A model generated the notes under the pieces. It saw nothing but the letters and a program-made list of their open reading frames with translations. It did not search any database and was not told the origin of the DNA. Source: Candidatus Cloacimonadales bacterium (GTDB lineage Bacteria; Cloacimonadota; Cloacimonadia; Cloacimonadales; JAIOQZ01). From it: a stretch of 64,000 nucleotides of DNA. Shown here one piece after another: positions 1 to 11,115 of this stretch (position 1 is its first letter; each line of letters starts with the position of its first letter). Both the position numbers and the translations under genes were made by a program. The stretch lies in assembly GCA_963665815.1 (NCBI GenBank), contig OY762463.1, forward strand, positions 832,001 through 896,000, given 5' to 3'.

Positions 1-119
1 CGATTCTTGTTCACACACCCATAATCCTGATTGGATATTGTAATAGGAGCAGCAAACTCTATGGCTGCAATACTGCCAATTAACAATACAATAATACCAA
101 TGCAAAAAATCTTCTTCAT
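1..119 (-). CDS. 5' part of a secreted protein, probable paralog of the adjacent FG-GAP protein (runs off the window)
   Basis: ATG at 119 with GGAGG RBS; reads MKKIFCIGIIVLLIGSIAAIEFAAPITISNQDYGCVNKN, a signal peptide plus a start resembling 220..2685 (SIGAINFLDPETIIQSNCTYENRNR). Confidence 0.75.
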   Translation of the reverse strand, partial: MKKIFCIGIIVLLIGSIAAIEFAAPITISNQDYGCVNKN

Positions 120-219
120 CTTTTCCTCCAACAAAAAGATCGTGGCACCCCAACGTGCCTAATTGAGAGCTTTGCAACAATTCACACCTTATGAATTATG
201 CAAAGCCCCCAAATATTTA

Positions 220-2685
220 TTATTTCAAAAGCAACATTTTTCTATTTTGAACACCTTCTGCTGTTTTCAGTCTGTAGAAATATACACCACTGGAAACATC
301 AGAATCTTTGTCATCCTTACCATTCCAGATTGTGGAATGCTCTCCGGATTCGACATGATCATTCACCAGAGTTTTTACTCTCTGTCCTTTAATATTATAA
401 ATTGTCAGCTCCGCATTACCTGAATTTGCCATTGAATAGCTGATCTTAGTTTCCGGATTGAATGGGTTAGGGTAGTTGCCAAGGAGTTGTGTTTTATATT
501 CAGGTATATCAGTGTCTGAATTCGGGAATACAACACTATTATTAATCATTACATTTATCTTCTTACCCTTGATTCCATAATAGACAATATCCTGCAATCC
601 ATCATCATTTATATCTATGAGTTTGAAATCAAAGCAATAATCAGAATCTTCTTCTGTTGCAGGCACATCGTTCCAATTTGACATAACTCCCTCGTTTTCA
701 AGAGAATGTATTGCCATGCACTCATATCCGGTTTCAATGCTGTAAACTAAATCCTTATCTCCATCCAAATCAAGATCACTAATACGCATTGTTTGCGTGC
801 TTCCTGCATATCCAAAAACCATTGGAACTGTGGAAAAACCATTAGATGTGTTTCCTGCATAAACAGCAATAATCGAATCCTGATAAGTACTATATTTTAT
901 GATATCTTTAATTCCATCATCAGTAATATCCTCATAGATGAACCTGCTGAAATACCCATTCATAATCAAAGTCGGATCTGAAAAATTGAAATTCCCGTTA
1001 TTATATGAAATATAGAGATCCTGATTCCCATCTGAGAAAATCAGATCTTTATCCAGATCCCCGTCAACATCATCAAACACATGCCAGGATGTAATAGAGT
1101 TCAGAACAACATGCGCATTATCTGTAAACCCATTGTTGTTTTCGTATATTTTGATTGATCTCTGGAAATCCTCGTTTACATGGCATTTCAGATCAAAATC
1201 TCCATCGTTATCAATGTCTATGAAATCTAATCTATTTATTGTGCTGTACCTGCTATACGGAAGATTCAATACAGTATCAAGTTGGTTATTCATATAAATT
1301 AACAGTCTGCAATGTTCCGGATTAACTTCATTATCTTCGGCATAATCTTCCGAGATAACAAAGTCAAGAATTCCATTGTTATCAATATCTTCTACATCAT
1401 ATGAGAAAATATATCCTTTGCATACTAAAGGAACATCGTCAACAACCCATTCACCGGAAATCAACTCAGCTTTTACCAGGTAGTTCGCTCCTTTAATTAT
1501 CAATTCAGGATTAATACCGTCATCAAGGTACCTGACATCATATACTAAGCTTAATCCATCAAGTTTGCAGTTATCAAACCCAAAAGATCCATTATTATTG
1601 TAAAAATAAAGAAAATCATCTCTGTTTATTTCAGCTACTATATCCGATGCTCCATCGTCATTTACGTCTTCAATAAATACTCCTGTAACAGGAATTTCAA
1701 TTTCTTCACTGAATGCAAAGCCATTTCCTGTGTTGAGAAATATTTTCAGATGATTAAACCCATGATGAAGAACAATATCAACCATGCCATCACCATTCAT
1801 ATCCCCTACAAGCAGATGCTTAAGGTTAACTAAACTGTCTGCAATAACTGTTCTCTGGGTAAAATCGTGATTCTGATCATTTTCGAGAAGTGATAAGGTC
1901 TGTAATCCGCTCTCATACAGAAAAACATCCTGATCGTTATCATTATCTGCATCAGCCACAACAAATTGATTGTAAGGATCGTAATTGGAAATCACATTGC
2001 AGTTTACAAATGTGTCAGCTGTCGGATCGAACTCATACCATAACAAATTGCTGAACGAATCATTTACACCCACAACATCCATATAACCATCATTATTGAA
2101 ATCAACGAGATACGAATAATCATTGAATGCCCCTCTTCTATGCCCATGGACAATGCCGGATAAAACATCAACCCGAAAAGTGTCATTCACTGATGAACGT
2201 GTCAAAAATATAGTTCTTCCCCATCCGGAAAAATAAGCGTCTTTAATTCCATCATTGTTAAAATCGTAGTATAATGCATTATCAGACTTATAATCTGTTG
2301 CATAATATGTTTCAAGAGTGAAGTTGCCTGATCCGTCATTCACAAATATATAGAAGTTTTCATCAACATATACAGTAACTGCAATATCCTTAAATCCATC
2401 GTTATTCATGTCTACAAATTCAATAGATTCAAGCCAGTAACTGAAATTTCCAATATCATGATTTGTATCCGGAACACCATCCCCATCAGTATCTTCTACC
2501 CATACAGGACCGTTTGCATCACGAATAATATAGTCGAGGTCTCCATCATAATCAATATCATCAATAATCCTGTTACGGTTTTCATAAGTACAATTGGACT
2601 GAATAATTGTCTCCGGATCAAGAAAATTGATTGCCCCAATAGAGCATACAATAAGCAAAGTAAATATAAACATTATTTGCTTCAT
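220..2685 (-). CDS. Secreted FG-GAP/VCBS-repeat beta-propeller protein with T9SS-type C-terminal sorting domain
   Basis: Signal peptide; many DxDxDGxxD Ca-binding repeats; C-terminal NYPNPFNPETKI...KMLLLK; GGAGG RBS. Confidence 0.9.
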   Translation of the reverse strand: MKQIMFIFTLLIVCSIGAINFLDPETIIQSNCTYENRNRIIDDIDYDGDLDYIIRDANGPVWVEDTDGDGVPDTNHDIGNFSYWLESIEFVDMNNDGFKDIAVTVYVDENFYIFVNDGSGNFTLETYYATDYKSDNALYYDFNNDGIKDAYFSGWGRTIFLTRSSVNDTFRVDVLSGIVHGHRRGAFNDYSYLVDFNNDGYMDVVGVNDSFSNLLWYEFDPTADTFVNCNVISNYDPYNQFVVADADNDNDQDVFLYESGLQTLSLLENDQNHDFTQRTVIADSLVNLKHLLVGDMNGDGMVDIVLHHGFNHLKIFLNTGNGFAFSEEIEIPVTGVFIEDVNDDGASDIVAEINRDDFLYFYNNNGSFGFDNCKLDGLSLVYDVRYLDDGINPELIIKGANYLVKAELISGEWVVDDVPLVCKGYIFSYDVEDIDNNGILDFVISEDYAEDNEVNPEHCRLLIYMNNQLDTVLNLPYSRYSTINRLDFIDIDNDGDFDLKCHVNEDFQRSIKIYENNNGFTDNAHVVLNSITSWHVFDDVDGDLDKDLIFSDGNQDLYISYNNGNFNFSDPTLIMNGYFSRFIYEDITDDGIKDIIKYSTYQDSIIAVYAGNTSNGFSTVPMVFGYAGSTQTMRISDLDLDGDKDLVYSIETGYECMAIHSLENEGVMSNWNDVPATEEDSDYCFDFKLIDINDDGLQDIVYYGIKGKKINVMINNSVVFPNSDTDIPEYKTQLLGNYPNPFNPETKISYSMANSGNAELTIYNIKGQRVKTLVNDHVESGEHSTIWNGKDDKDSDVSSGVYFYRLKTAEGVQNRKMLLLK

Positions 2686-2733
2686 TTTTCCTCCAATGCC
2701 AGCAAATACCCAACATATCTACTGGTAAACAAG

Positions 2734-5136
2734 TTATTTAACTAATAGCATTTTACCGTTAAAAGTACTCCTTCCTGTCGAAATTCTATAGAAATAAATG
2801 CCGCTTGATACATGACGTTCATTATCATCAGTTCCATTCCAGTTTAACGAATGTTTACCTTTAGTTTCAAAACTGTCAAGCAAAGTTTTTACCTTCTGTC
2901 CCTTAATATTATAAACGTTAATTTCAATATTACAATCTTTATCGATATTGTATTGTATTGTGGCTTCGGGATTAAAAGGATTAGGATAGCAACTCGCTTC
3001 TATTCCTTTAATTTTACTCATATCTGTTACTTCTGCGAATTCGTTAAATACCCCTGAAGAAATGCTTCCATTGGCTGAATCAAACACAAGTAAATCAAAG
3101 TAGCTGCCGAATGTACTAACTATTTCCTGCTCTAAAGTAAAATTCTGATCAATGATTTGATACTCTTCCCAGAGACTACCGAAATAGTTATTCTCAAGAA
3201 CAGAAATCATATATCCATCATTACTATAAGAAACATTCAGAATATCATTGCTGTCATCATCGCCTATATCAACAATTGGATAACTGACTAATCCATCTGA
3301 GAAAGCTACAAAATTATCATGTTCCTGAAATCCATTGACTGATCTGTCCCCATATCGTATATATAATCTTCCGTTTCTTACAATAAGCAGATCAACTATA
3401 GAGTCATTATTAAAATCTGCAGGATGTATACTATTAAAATCCAAGAAATTATCAATTAAAACAGATTCGCTAAAGCTGATACCATCCAGATTAAAACTCA
3501 CTTGTAGAGAATTATCCTGAGATGTTTCAGAAGAAAAGTAAATAATATCCTCTAATCCATCCCCATTAACATCTGCAAGAGAAAATTTACCTGAGGTATT
3601 ATCGACTACCACAACTTCCCTGTCCCCCATAAACTCACCGTTAATATTGTAGTAAACAGAAATTTGTTCCATTTGTGAATTGTATATAACCAAGTCACAT
3701 TCAGAATCATTATCAATATCTACAAATTCCAGTTTCATGTAAGTTTGTTCATATAGTTCAATATTGTTGTTTAACAAATATTTTCTATTGTTATCATGCT
3801 CTATAACAAGTGAAAACTCATTATTACCTGTAGACAATAATGCTGCCATGTCAGCTTCACCATTTCCATCAATATCTGATATACAGAAATCTGACACATT
3901 CTCTGCTAAAAAAGGTTTCAGTTTAAAGTCCAATCCTGAATCAGCAATATCAGCTCTTATAACCCTGCCTTCATGAAGAAAGTAAACTACCTTTTCATTT
4001 GTACTTATTGGGCTATATACAGTTACATTAGAGTAGTCGAACCTGCAACCTGCTATAAAAAATCTATCTTGATTTCCGGTATCAGACAACACGAGATATT
4101 GTAGACACTCACCATTAAAATCTGAAAGAATCGGATTAAACATCCCATCATTATTTAGATCAGAAAAGCCACACAAAGATTCCCACTCATTTAGAATTAG
4201 ATTAAAGCTTTCCACAAACAAGTTCTCATGATTTTCAATAAAAGTCACTACAGAATCTGAATGAGTAATAACCATATCATTTTCACCATCCCCTGAAAAA
4301 TCTACGATATTCAGTGTATTTATATGTCCGTATGAATCAAGAATTGTTCCTGAGTACTGATAATTCTGAGTATCAGTTGCAGAAAACGTATTAATATTAC
4401 CGTTTTTCACTGCGAGAATTTCTTTCACACCGTCACCATTGATATCTTCAGCACTTAGCGATTCATATAATGTACTGTCGGAAATCAGAGAGTCTTCAAT
4501 ATGGACACCCTCAATAAGATCAGCTATTATCAACCCCTGACCATTGCTGAAGATGATCTCATTATCATTATCATCATCAATATTAACAAAGGCATAACCT
4601 GATATGTCACTAAGACATTCTAAAGAGTCAATATCACTGATCAATCCATCAGAGCTCTGTTCATACACCAGGATTAATCTATTGGAAACAACACCCAAAG
4701 TAATTAAACCATCATCTGCTTCTCTTAACACATTTATACTTGAAACATTTCTGCCAGTATTAATGGGAAACGTACTTAACAGGTTAATCTGAGCATCATC
4801 TATTTCATACATTGTATTTATGTCATTAATCAATAAAAACAAGTAAATGCTTTCAGTAATATCTGATTTATAAACAGAAGCGTATTCAATTGTACCATCG
4901 ACCGTTAGTAAAGAGTATTCTTCGTTGTACAATACTCCGTAATTGCTTTTAATCCATGAAACACGGCTATCATAAATGGTAATAATATCATTGAAACTAT
5001 CATTATCAATATCAGCAAAAAAATAGAAATTACAATCTTCCAAAACGGGAATGTACTCGCGATTATTATCGAGCTGATATTCAGCAGCAAGATTTAATGA
5101 AATGCTGAAAAAAACAATCAATAGCAATATTCTCAA
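2734..5136 (-). CDS. Secreted FG-GAP/VCBS-repeat protein with T9SS-type C-terminal domain
   Basis: TTG start with AGGAG RBS; signal peptide; DINGDG/DFNND repeats; CYPNPFNPE...KMLLVK. Confidence 0.9.
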   Translation of the reverse strand: MRILLLIVFFSISLNLAAEYQLDNNREYIPVLEDCNFYFFADIDNDSFNDIITIYDSRVSWIKSNYGVLYNEEYSLLTVDGTIEYASVYKSDITESIYLFLLINDINTMYEIDDAQINLLSTFPINTGRNVSSINVLREADDGLITLGVVSNRLILVYEQSSDGLISDIDSLECLSDISGYAFVNIDDDNDNEIIFSNGQGLIIADLIEGVHIEDSLISDSTLYESLSAEDINGDGVKEILAVKNGNINTFSATDTQNYQYSGTILDSYGHINTLNIVDFSGDGENDMVITHSDSVVTFIENHENLFVESFNLILNEWESLCGFSDLNNDGMFNPILSDFNGECLQYLVLSDTGNQDRFFIAGCRFDYSNVTVYSPISTNEKVVYFLHEGRVIRADIADSGLDFKLKPFLAENVSDFCISDIDGNGEADMAALLSTGNNEFSLVIEHDNNRKYLLNNNIELYEQTYMKLEFVDIDNDSECDLVIYNSQMEQISVYYNINGEFMGDREVVVVDNTSGKFSLADVNGDGLEDIIYFSSETSQDNSLQVSFNLDGISFSESVLIDNFLDFNSIHPADFNNDSIVDLLIVRNGRLYIRYGDRSVNGFQEHDNFVAFSDGLVSYPIVDIGDDDSNDILNVSYSNDGYMISVLENNYFGSLWEEYQIIDQNFTLEQEIVSTFGSYFDLLVFDSANGSISSGVFNEFAEVTDMSKIKGIEASCYPNPFNPEATIQYNIDKDCNIEINVYNIKGQKVKTLLDSFETKGKHSLNWNGTDDNERHVSSGIYFYRISTGRSTFNGKMLLVK

Positions 5137-5509
5137 ATTGACTCCTATAATTTTAAAAAAATACTTTAAAATCGACTATATATTTTTAAGCATAAAATGT
5201 TCCAAAATATAATTATTTTTTTAACATTTATACTAACTGTGAGCTCTAAAATAGCAAAACTGAGAAGCTTTAACTAAAGAATTTTGATGAGAATTTTGAA
5301 TTCATATATAAATCCTTTCAGAGAAGCTTATTTTGAGCTTAATCTGATGAATTCCAAAACCAAGTCAACTATCCCAGTTATGCGAATCTCTCAAAATATT
5401 ATAAGATAGTAAAATTGTGACAACAAAAAAATATAATATAAGTTGATTAATATTTCTTGCTTGACATTCAATAATGATTTAATTCTCTAACATAGTTAAA
5501 GGAGAACTC

Positions 5510-5998
5510 ATGGATAGACCAAGTTGGCAGAAATATTTCATAGAAATGGCTTACCTTGTAGCCCAAAGAGCAACTTGTACCAGAAGAAAGGTTGGAGCTG
5601 TACTTGTTAAGAATAATCAGATTATTTCCACAGGATATAATGGTGCCCCAAAAAGAGTTGCACATTGCTCAATTACCGGATGTTTGAGAAAACAGTTAAA
5701 TGTACCTTCCGGACAGAATCATGAACTTTGCAGAGGAATTCACGCTGAACAGAATGCTATCATTCAGGCTGCGGTCAATGGAACACCCATAAACGGCTCT
5801 GTACTATATTGCACAACTCAGCCGTGCATAATCTGCACAAAAATGATAATCAACGCTGAAATTACAAAAATATTCATTGCTGAGACATATCCGGACAATA
5901 TGAGTCTCGACATGCTTGATGAGGCAGGTGTCGAAGTAATCTATGTTGACAGAAAAACAGGAGAACTTAAGAAAATTACTAACGCTGAGCTTGTTTAA
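5510..5998 (+). CDS. dCMP deaminase (ComEB-like cytidine/deoxycytidylate deaminase family)
   Basis: RPSW N-terminus, RKVGAV, TGYNG, HAEQNA and PCIIC zinc motifs; AAGGAG RBS. Confidence 0.93.
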   Translation: MDRPSWQKYFIEMAYLVAQRATCTRRKVGAVLVKNNQIISTGYNGAPKRVAHCSITGCLRKQLNVPSGQNHELCRGIHAEQNAIIQAAVNGTPINGSVLYCTTQPCIICTKMIINAEITKIFIAETYPDNMSLDMLDEAGVEVIYVDRKTGELKKITNAELV

Positions 5999-6776
5999 CA
6001 TCAATAGATTTATAACTATCTCCAAAGTATTTTCTCAATAAATCTTGATACTCCTTTGTTTTCTTAAACTCTCTAGTTATATGCGAAAAGTGTTCAGTAA
6101 ACTCATGAGATACTTTTCTTTTGTTAAAGATTATATACAGACCATCGGTTTTTACCGGATTCTTCAGCCAGGGTACAATATTGCTAAAACCTAATTCATT
6201 AAGAAGAGCTGAACCGTTTCCATATTCGGCGATTATATAGTCTAACCTACCATCTTCAAGTTTCATGAAATTCTGTTTATCGTAAGTGGTTTCTTCTACC
6301 AGACAATACTTGCTGATAAATGAAATAAACTCTTCAGTATAACTGTACCCACGTACAATTCCAACTGCTTTACCTTTCAGATCGCCTAAATTTGTGTATT
6401 CATCAGTGGAATCTGCATTTGTCCATATTGCCCACGGAGAGATGATTAATGGTTCATCGGGATAATAGGCATAAGCGGCTCTTTCATGAGTATAGTTTGC
6501 AGAAAATAATGCATCCGTCTTATCGTTTTTAAGCATCTCAACAGCTCTTTTCCATGGCAACATATCCATAGAATTTATATCCGTATCAAGTTCTCTCATA
6601 ACATGTATCACAATATCATAACTATATCCGAGAACAACTCCCTGCTCAGAAAACTGATAAGGCTTCCAATCATCGCAGACAAGCCTGATTCCCTTTTGAA
6701 TCTGTTGGCTATACAATATGCAGGAAATTATGATCAATAATACAACTAACTTTGTTTTCAATTTAAATCTTATCAT
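5979..6776 (-). CDS. Periplasmic solute-binding protein, family 3-like
   Basis: Signal-like N-terminus; [29 protein letters not shown] motifs; start placed at MIRFK (6776), the ORF is open to 6842. Confidence 0.82.
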   Translation of the reverse strand: MIRFKLKTKLVVLLIIISCILYSQQIQKGIRLVCDDWKPYQFSEQGVVLGYSYDIVIHVMRELDTDINSMDMLPWKRAVEMLKNDKTDALFSANYTHERAAYAYYPDEPLIISPWAIWTNADSTDEYTNLGDLKGKAVGIVRGYSYTEEFISFISKYCLVEETTYDKQNFMKLEDGRLDYIIAEYGNGSALLNELGFSNIVPWLKNPVKTDGLYIIFNKRKVSHEFTEHFSHITREFKKTKEYQDLLRKYFGDSYKSIDVKQAQR

Positions 6777-6832
6777 AATAATAAAATAGCAGAACAGTAA
6801 TTCAAGGCAAGAGTAAATTTTTCTTTTTTTTC

Positions 6833-6860
6833 TTGACATCATTTCCTCAAGAGTTACATT
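6833..6860 (+). promoter_or_regulatory. Putative sigma70 promoter for the PKD/VWA gene
   Basis: TTGACA-N16-TACATT. Confidence 0.4.
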
Positions 6861-7003
6861 TTAGCTAAATTTCTCCCCCCTCTCTATACTTTTATAGTAT
6901 ATTGTCTTTGAAAAGTTATTTTCTTAGTTCTGAAAGTGGATTAAATCCATTGTAGGAATTCTATGCTTAAAGTAATATATTAATTAATAAATGAGAGGCC
7001 AAC

Positions 7004-9853
7004 ATGAGAAAGTTTATAACATTCTTTCTGGTAGTATTTTTCGGCACAGTACTGTTTGCACAGACTGATGCAGATTTTACTGCTGACATCCATTTCGGGT
7101 TTAAATCTCAAGTAGTTAATTTTACCGATCAATCTAATGCTAATCCTATAGGATGGGATTGGGATTTTGATAATGACGGTACGGTTGACTCACAAGTGCA
7201 GAACCCAACCCACACCTTCAACGAAGCAGGTGTGCATGTCGTTGCATTGACTGCATCTTTCTTTTCATTAACAGGTACTGTTCAAGATACCAAACTTGAT
7301 ACTATCGTTATTTATGAAATTAAATTTGATGCAATTACAGCCAGTGGTGACACTGTAGGTGCTATTCCTTTTGCTGTACAATTTGCTGACAGAACTTTCG
7401 ATGATTTCCAGAATAACCTGCCACCTCTTCCGGTATCATTTGCCTGGGATTTCGGTGATGGAAACACATCAACTGAGCAACATCCTGTTCATTCCTATGA
7501 TACAGGCGGTTACTATGATGTTTCATTGGAAATTACTCTTGATGAAAACCTTACTGTAAACACTTACCTTGTACAGGATGAACTTATCAAATGGGACAGA
7601 AATGATCCTGATGTAAGTTATATCCGTGTTTATGATGTCGACTTTACAAAAGACATCTTATGGGGATTTGCACCTCAGGTTGTGAACTTCACAGATATAT
7701 CTGTACCAACACCTGATGCATGGAACTGGGATCTTGATTTCCAGAATGCTCCAATGCAAATTGATTCTAATGTACAGAATCCACAGTTTACTTATAACGA
7801 CGCCGGCCCATATTACAATATTTTCCAGGCAATCTACAATCATCCTGACGGACCAGATACAGTAACAGTATATGACTCAGTGGCAATCTTCCTTGTTGAT
7901 TTTCATGCGACAGAAGATTTCTCCGATCCTGATATTGTTGACTCAGTTGGAATGGTAAACTTTGAAATCAACTTTACAGATTATTACACATGGCGACCTT
8001 GGATTGATGCAGGTCTTCAATCATGGCTTCCACCTGCGGATCTCGTTACATGGGATTGGGACTTCGGAACCGGTGATTTTGATACTGTAGAAAATCCTTA
8101 TTATATTTATACTGATTGTGGTTTCTATGATGTTGAACTGACTATGGAAATTGATCCCCAAATGACAATCAATCAGGTTCTTGCCACACAAACTCATGTC
8201 AAGTGGGACCCGGCTGATCCTGATAACTGGTACATCTGGGTTAAAGGACCAATATCAGCATTGGTATGTGACAACTCAGAAAGTATGATGTATGACAATA
8301 AAGCAGGAACATTAATCAATGCTGCAGGCAGTTACATTAATCTTTTTGATCCTGGTTTCCAGATTTCTGTTGTAAAATTCCGTGAATGGGCAGAAACACT
8401 GTTTGAAATGGAATTGTATGATTATGACGGAACAAACAGCCCTCTAAACGCAGCGAACTCCACTCTTGGTGGTATGGGTAATCCACTGGGATACTCAGGA
8501 CCGGGAGAAGGTCTGATTGAAGGACTTAATCAATGCCTTAATCATTCAGATCCAACACCTGCATCACAGATTTTTGAAGCAGTAAATAATCCACAAGATA
8601 TCGTAGATACTATTCATGTTGTATTATTCACAGACGGACTCGAAAACTGTGCTCCGGCACTTAATCCAAATCCTCCATTCAATGGAACTATTCTCAATTG
8701 GATTGCCGGTCAAGCCTGGGCACCATATCTCAAAATCCATACAATTACTATGGGTTCTAATACTACAATGTTTGCTTTAATGCAGGCTATTGCACAGAAC
8801 TTCCAGGGTGTTTATCACGATGCAAGTACGGATAATATAGTAAATATTATGCAGGATATCAGTGTTGCTATGCGTGGACCTGCTGCAACAAGAATTGCAA
8901 ATATAGCTGGTTCTTTTGATCCATCTGATGCTTCCAGAACATTACCTGAACATCAGGTATATGTAGATTCTTATGCCAAAGATGTTACTTTTGTTCTCAA
9001 TTGGGACAAACCACAGGCAGATTTATTCTTTGAACTGATTGCACCTGACGGAACAATAGCATTTGAAAGAGCTACATTGCTTACTCATGCATTACCATCT
9101 TCTGAAACAAATATTAACTATACAATAAAGAATCCTATACCGGGAGCATGGACTGTTCGCATTTCAGACAATTCAGTTGGTAAATATCGTAATGTTAATT
9201 ATGAATTATATGCTCACGCATCATCAGAATTAACTGGTAAACTTTATTTTGCACAAGAAACTCCGCTTCCTGGAGATCCTCTTGATGTAACTGCTGTTTT
9301 AAGAGATGTTCATGGAGAAGCATATTCTGTAGATAACGTATATGCGGAAATTACAAGACCTGATGCTTCTATTGAGTATGTAACACTTACAAACTCTTCA
9401 CCTAATCACTATACTACTCAGTATACTAACACAAGTCTTGAAGGTGCTTACAGATTCAGAATATATGTTGAAGCACATAACTCTCAAGGTGAAATAAGAA
9501 GATCATTTGGTTATACTAAAGCTTTAGTTAACGATAACTCTCGTCTTGCTGACGGTGAAGATGTAAACAACATAGAAAAATTCACTGTAAGAAACTATCC
9601 AAATCCATTCAATCCTGAGACAACCATCGAATTCAGTCTTCCTGCTAAAGAAGCTGTTACTGTTGACATCTATAATATCAAAGGTGAAAGAGTAACAAGA
9701 TTAGTAAACAGTGAAGTTTATGAATCAGGTGTACACTCTGTTAAATGGAATGGTGTTGACTCTCAAAACAAACAGGTAGGGTCAGGAACTTACTTCTACA
9801 AAGTAAAAACTCCTGCTCATTCAGAAGTTAAAAAAATGATATTACTCAAGTAA
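7004..9853 (+). CDS. Secreted PKD-repeat plus von Willebrand A domain protein with T9SS-type C-terminal domain (putative adhesin)
   Basis: About four PKD repeats (WDWDFDNDG, WDFGDG, WNWDLD, WDWDFGTG); VWA MIDAS DNSES...LFTDG; CTD NYPNPFNPETTIEF. Confidence 0.9.
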   Translation: MRKFITFFLVVFFGTVLFAQTDADFTADIHFGFKSQVVNFTDQSNANPIGWDWDFDNDGTVDSQVQNPTHTFNEAGVHVVALTASFFSLTGTVQDTKLDTIVIYEIKFDAITASGDTVGAIPFAVQFADRTFDDFQNNLPPLPVSFAWDFGDGNTSTEQHPVHSYDTGGYYDVSLEITLDENLTVNTYLVQDELIKWDRNDPDVSYIRVYDVDFTKDILWGFAPQVVNFTDISVPTPDAWNWDLDFQNAPMQIDSNVQNPQFTYNDAGPYYNIFQAIYNHPDGPDTVTVYDSVAIFLVDFHATEDFSDPDIVDSVGMVNFEINFTDYYTWRPWIDAGLQSWLPPADLVTWDWDFGTGDFDTVENPYYIYTDCGFYDVELTMEIDPQMTINQVLATQTHVKWDPADPDNWYIWVKGPISALVCDNSESMMYDNKAGTLINAAGSYINLFDPGFQISVVKFREWAETLFEMELYDYDGTNSPLNAANSTLGGMGNPLGYSGPGEGLIEGLNQCLNHSDPTPASQIFEAVNNPQDIVDTIHVVLFTDGLENCAPALNPNPPFNGTILNWIAGQAWAPYLKIHTITMGSNTTMFALMQAIAQNFQGVYHDASTDNIVNIMQDISVAMRGPAATRIANIAGSFDPSDASRTLPEHQVYVDSYAKDVTFVLNWDKPQADLFFELIAPDGTIAFERATLLTHALPSSETNINYTIKNPIPGAWTVRISDNSVGKYRNVNYELYAHASSELTGKLYFAQETPLPGDPLDVTAVLRDVHGEAYSVDNVYAEITRPDASIEYVTLTNSSPNHYTTQYTNTSLEGAYRFRIYVEAHNSQGEIRRSFGYTKALVNDNSRLADGEDVNNIEKFTVRNYPNPFNPETTIEFSLPAKEAVTVDIYNIKGERVTRLVNSEVYESGVHSVKWNGVDSQNKQVGSGTYFYKVKTPAHSEVKKMILLK

Positions 9854-9873
9854 TATCTTAAACATAATTTACT

Positions 9874-9907
9874 GGGGATAGTTTATTAACTGTCCCCCTT
9901 TTTTTTT
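9874..9907 (+). terminator. Rho-independent terminator
   Basis: GGGGATAGTT-tatt-AACTGTCCCC followed by a T9 run. Confidence 0.85.
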
Positions 9908-9920
9908 AGGATCATGCATC

Positions 9921-10424
9921 ATGAAAGAATCTATAATGCAAAGCAACAGAATTTACCTCAGAGAGTTTTGTATCTCCGATCTGAACGAGATATATGATAT
10001 GAGTAGAGAATCAGACCTGAAGAGATTCCTGCCAGACCAATATTATGAAAACATCGAAGTAGCAGAAAAAACTCTTAACTTCCTTATGTCTCAATATCCA
10101 AGCTCCACTCGGATTGATAAAGCTTATGTTTTAGGTGTTGTTGATAAAGCTTCTGAGAGACTAATTGGACATGTTGGATTAAGCCCTGTCAAATCAGGTA
10201 TTGAGGTTGGTTACGCAATCAGGGATTCTCATAAGAATGAAGGACTGGCAACTGAGAGTGTTAGACTACTGCTTAATATAGCGAGAAAGAAGTTTCATTT
10301 GTCGCAAGTTTTTGGAATAGTGAATAAAAAAAACATTCCCTCAATTAAAGTATTGGAGAAATGCGGTTTCATACTATCTCAATCTAACGATAATTCCTTA
10401 GTATACATAGCAACTATATTGTAA
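9921..10424 (+). CDS. GNAT N-acetyltransferase, RimJ/RimL family
   Basis: RIYLREF, LIGHVGL, EVGYAI, NEGLATE, NIPSIKVLEKCGF. Confidence 0.88.
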   Translation: MKESIMQSNRIYLREFCISDLNEIYDMSRESDLKRFLPDQYYENIEVAEKTLNFLMSQYPSSTRIDKAYVLGVVDKASERLIGHVGLSPVKSGIEVGYAIRDSHKNEGLATESVRLLLNIARKKFHLSQVFGIVNKKNIPSIKVLEKCGFILSQSNDNSLVYIATIL

Positions 10425-10495
10425 ATCAAATCACCATTCATTAACAGAGAAAGAAATATTCACCTACATACCTATTAACTTTTCCACTATTATAC

Positions 10496-10523
10496 TTGAC
10501 AATATATTAATCTACTCTAATAT
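10496..10523 (+). promoter_or_regulatory. Putative sigma70 promoter for the padR-peptidase operon
   Basis: TTGACA-N16-TAATAT upstream of the AAGGAG RBS. Confidence 0.45.
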
Positions 10524-10548
10524 CAGGAAAATTCTTCAAGGAGTATAT

Positions 10549-11106
10549 ATGTCAATATCCGATATGATCGTTCTTGGTGAGCTCAATAAGCATCCTACAT
10601 ACGGTTATGAGCTTTGCAAAGCAATTAAGGATAAAGGTATACATAGTCATTCAGGCATCAAGATGCCATCAGTATACAAATCACTTTCCAAACTGGAAAA
10701 GAAAGAATATATCACAGGAAAAAGAATTGAAGGCGATAAAAATCCCTCCAGAACTGTTTATCAATTATCTGATTCCGGCTATTTATACTTTGCAGATCTC
10801 GTAAAAAAATCAATAATTACATACAGAAAAACTCGTAATGAATTCTGGATAGCATTAAATTATATAGATAACATAATATCAAAAGAGGAGTTCATTCACA
10901 TTCTGCGAGAACGAATTAGTAATATCAAAAATGAACTCGAAAAAATCATGGGGAAATTATTGGGTGCAGAGAAGCTTCCTCTTCAAATTGAATACATGGT
11001 TAAGATGAGTACAAAGTCTAAAGAATCTGAAATTGAAGTACTACAGGAAATGCTGGAATCAATAACCAACAATGCAGACAGTAGTACTATAACTTTTAAA
11101 AAATAA
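10549..11106 (+). CDS. PadR-family transcriptional regulator
   Basis: VLGEL..HPTYGYEL, SVYKSLSKLEKKEYI, RTVYQLSDSG winged helix. Confidence 0.9.
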   Translation: MSISDMIVLGELNKHPTYGYELCKAIKDKGIHSHSGIKMPSVYKSLSKLEKKEYITGKRIEGDKNPSRTVYQLSDSGYLYFADLVKKSIITYRKTRNEFWIALNYIDNIISKEEFIHILRERISNIKNELEKIMGKLLGAEKLPLQIEYMVKMSTKSKESEIEVLQEMLESITNNADSSTITFKK

Positions 11107-11115
11107 GGAGTAAGT

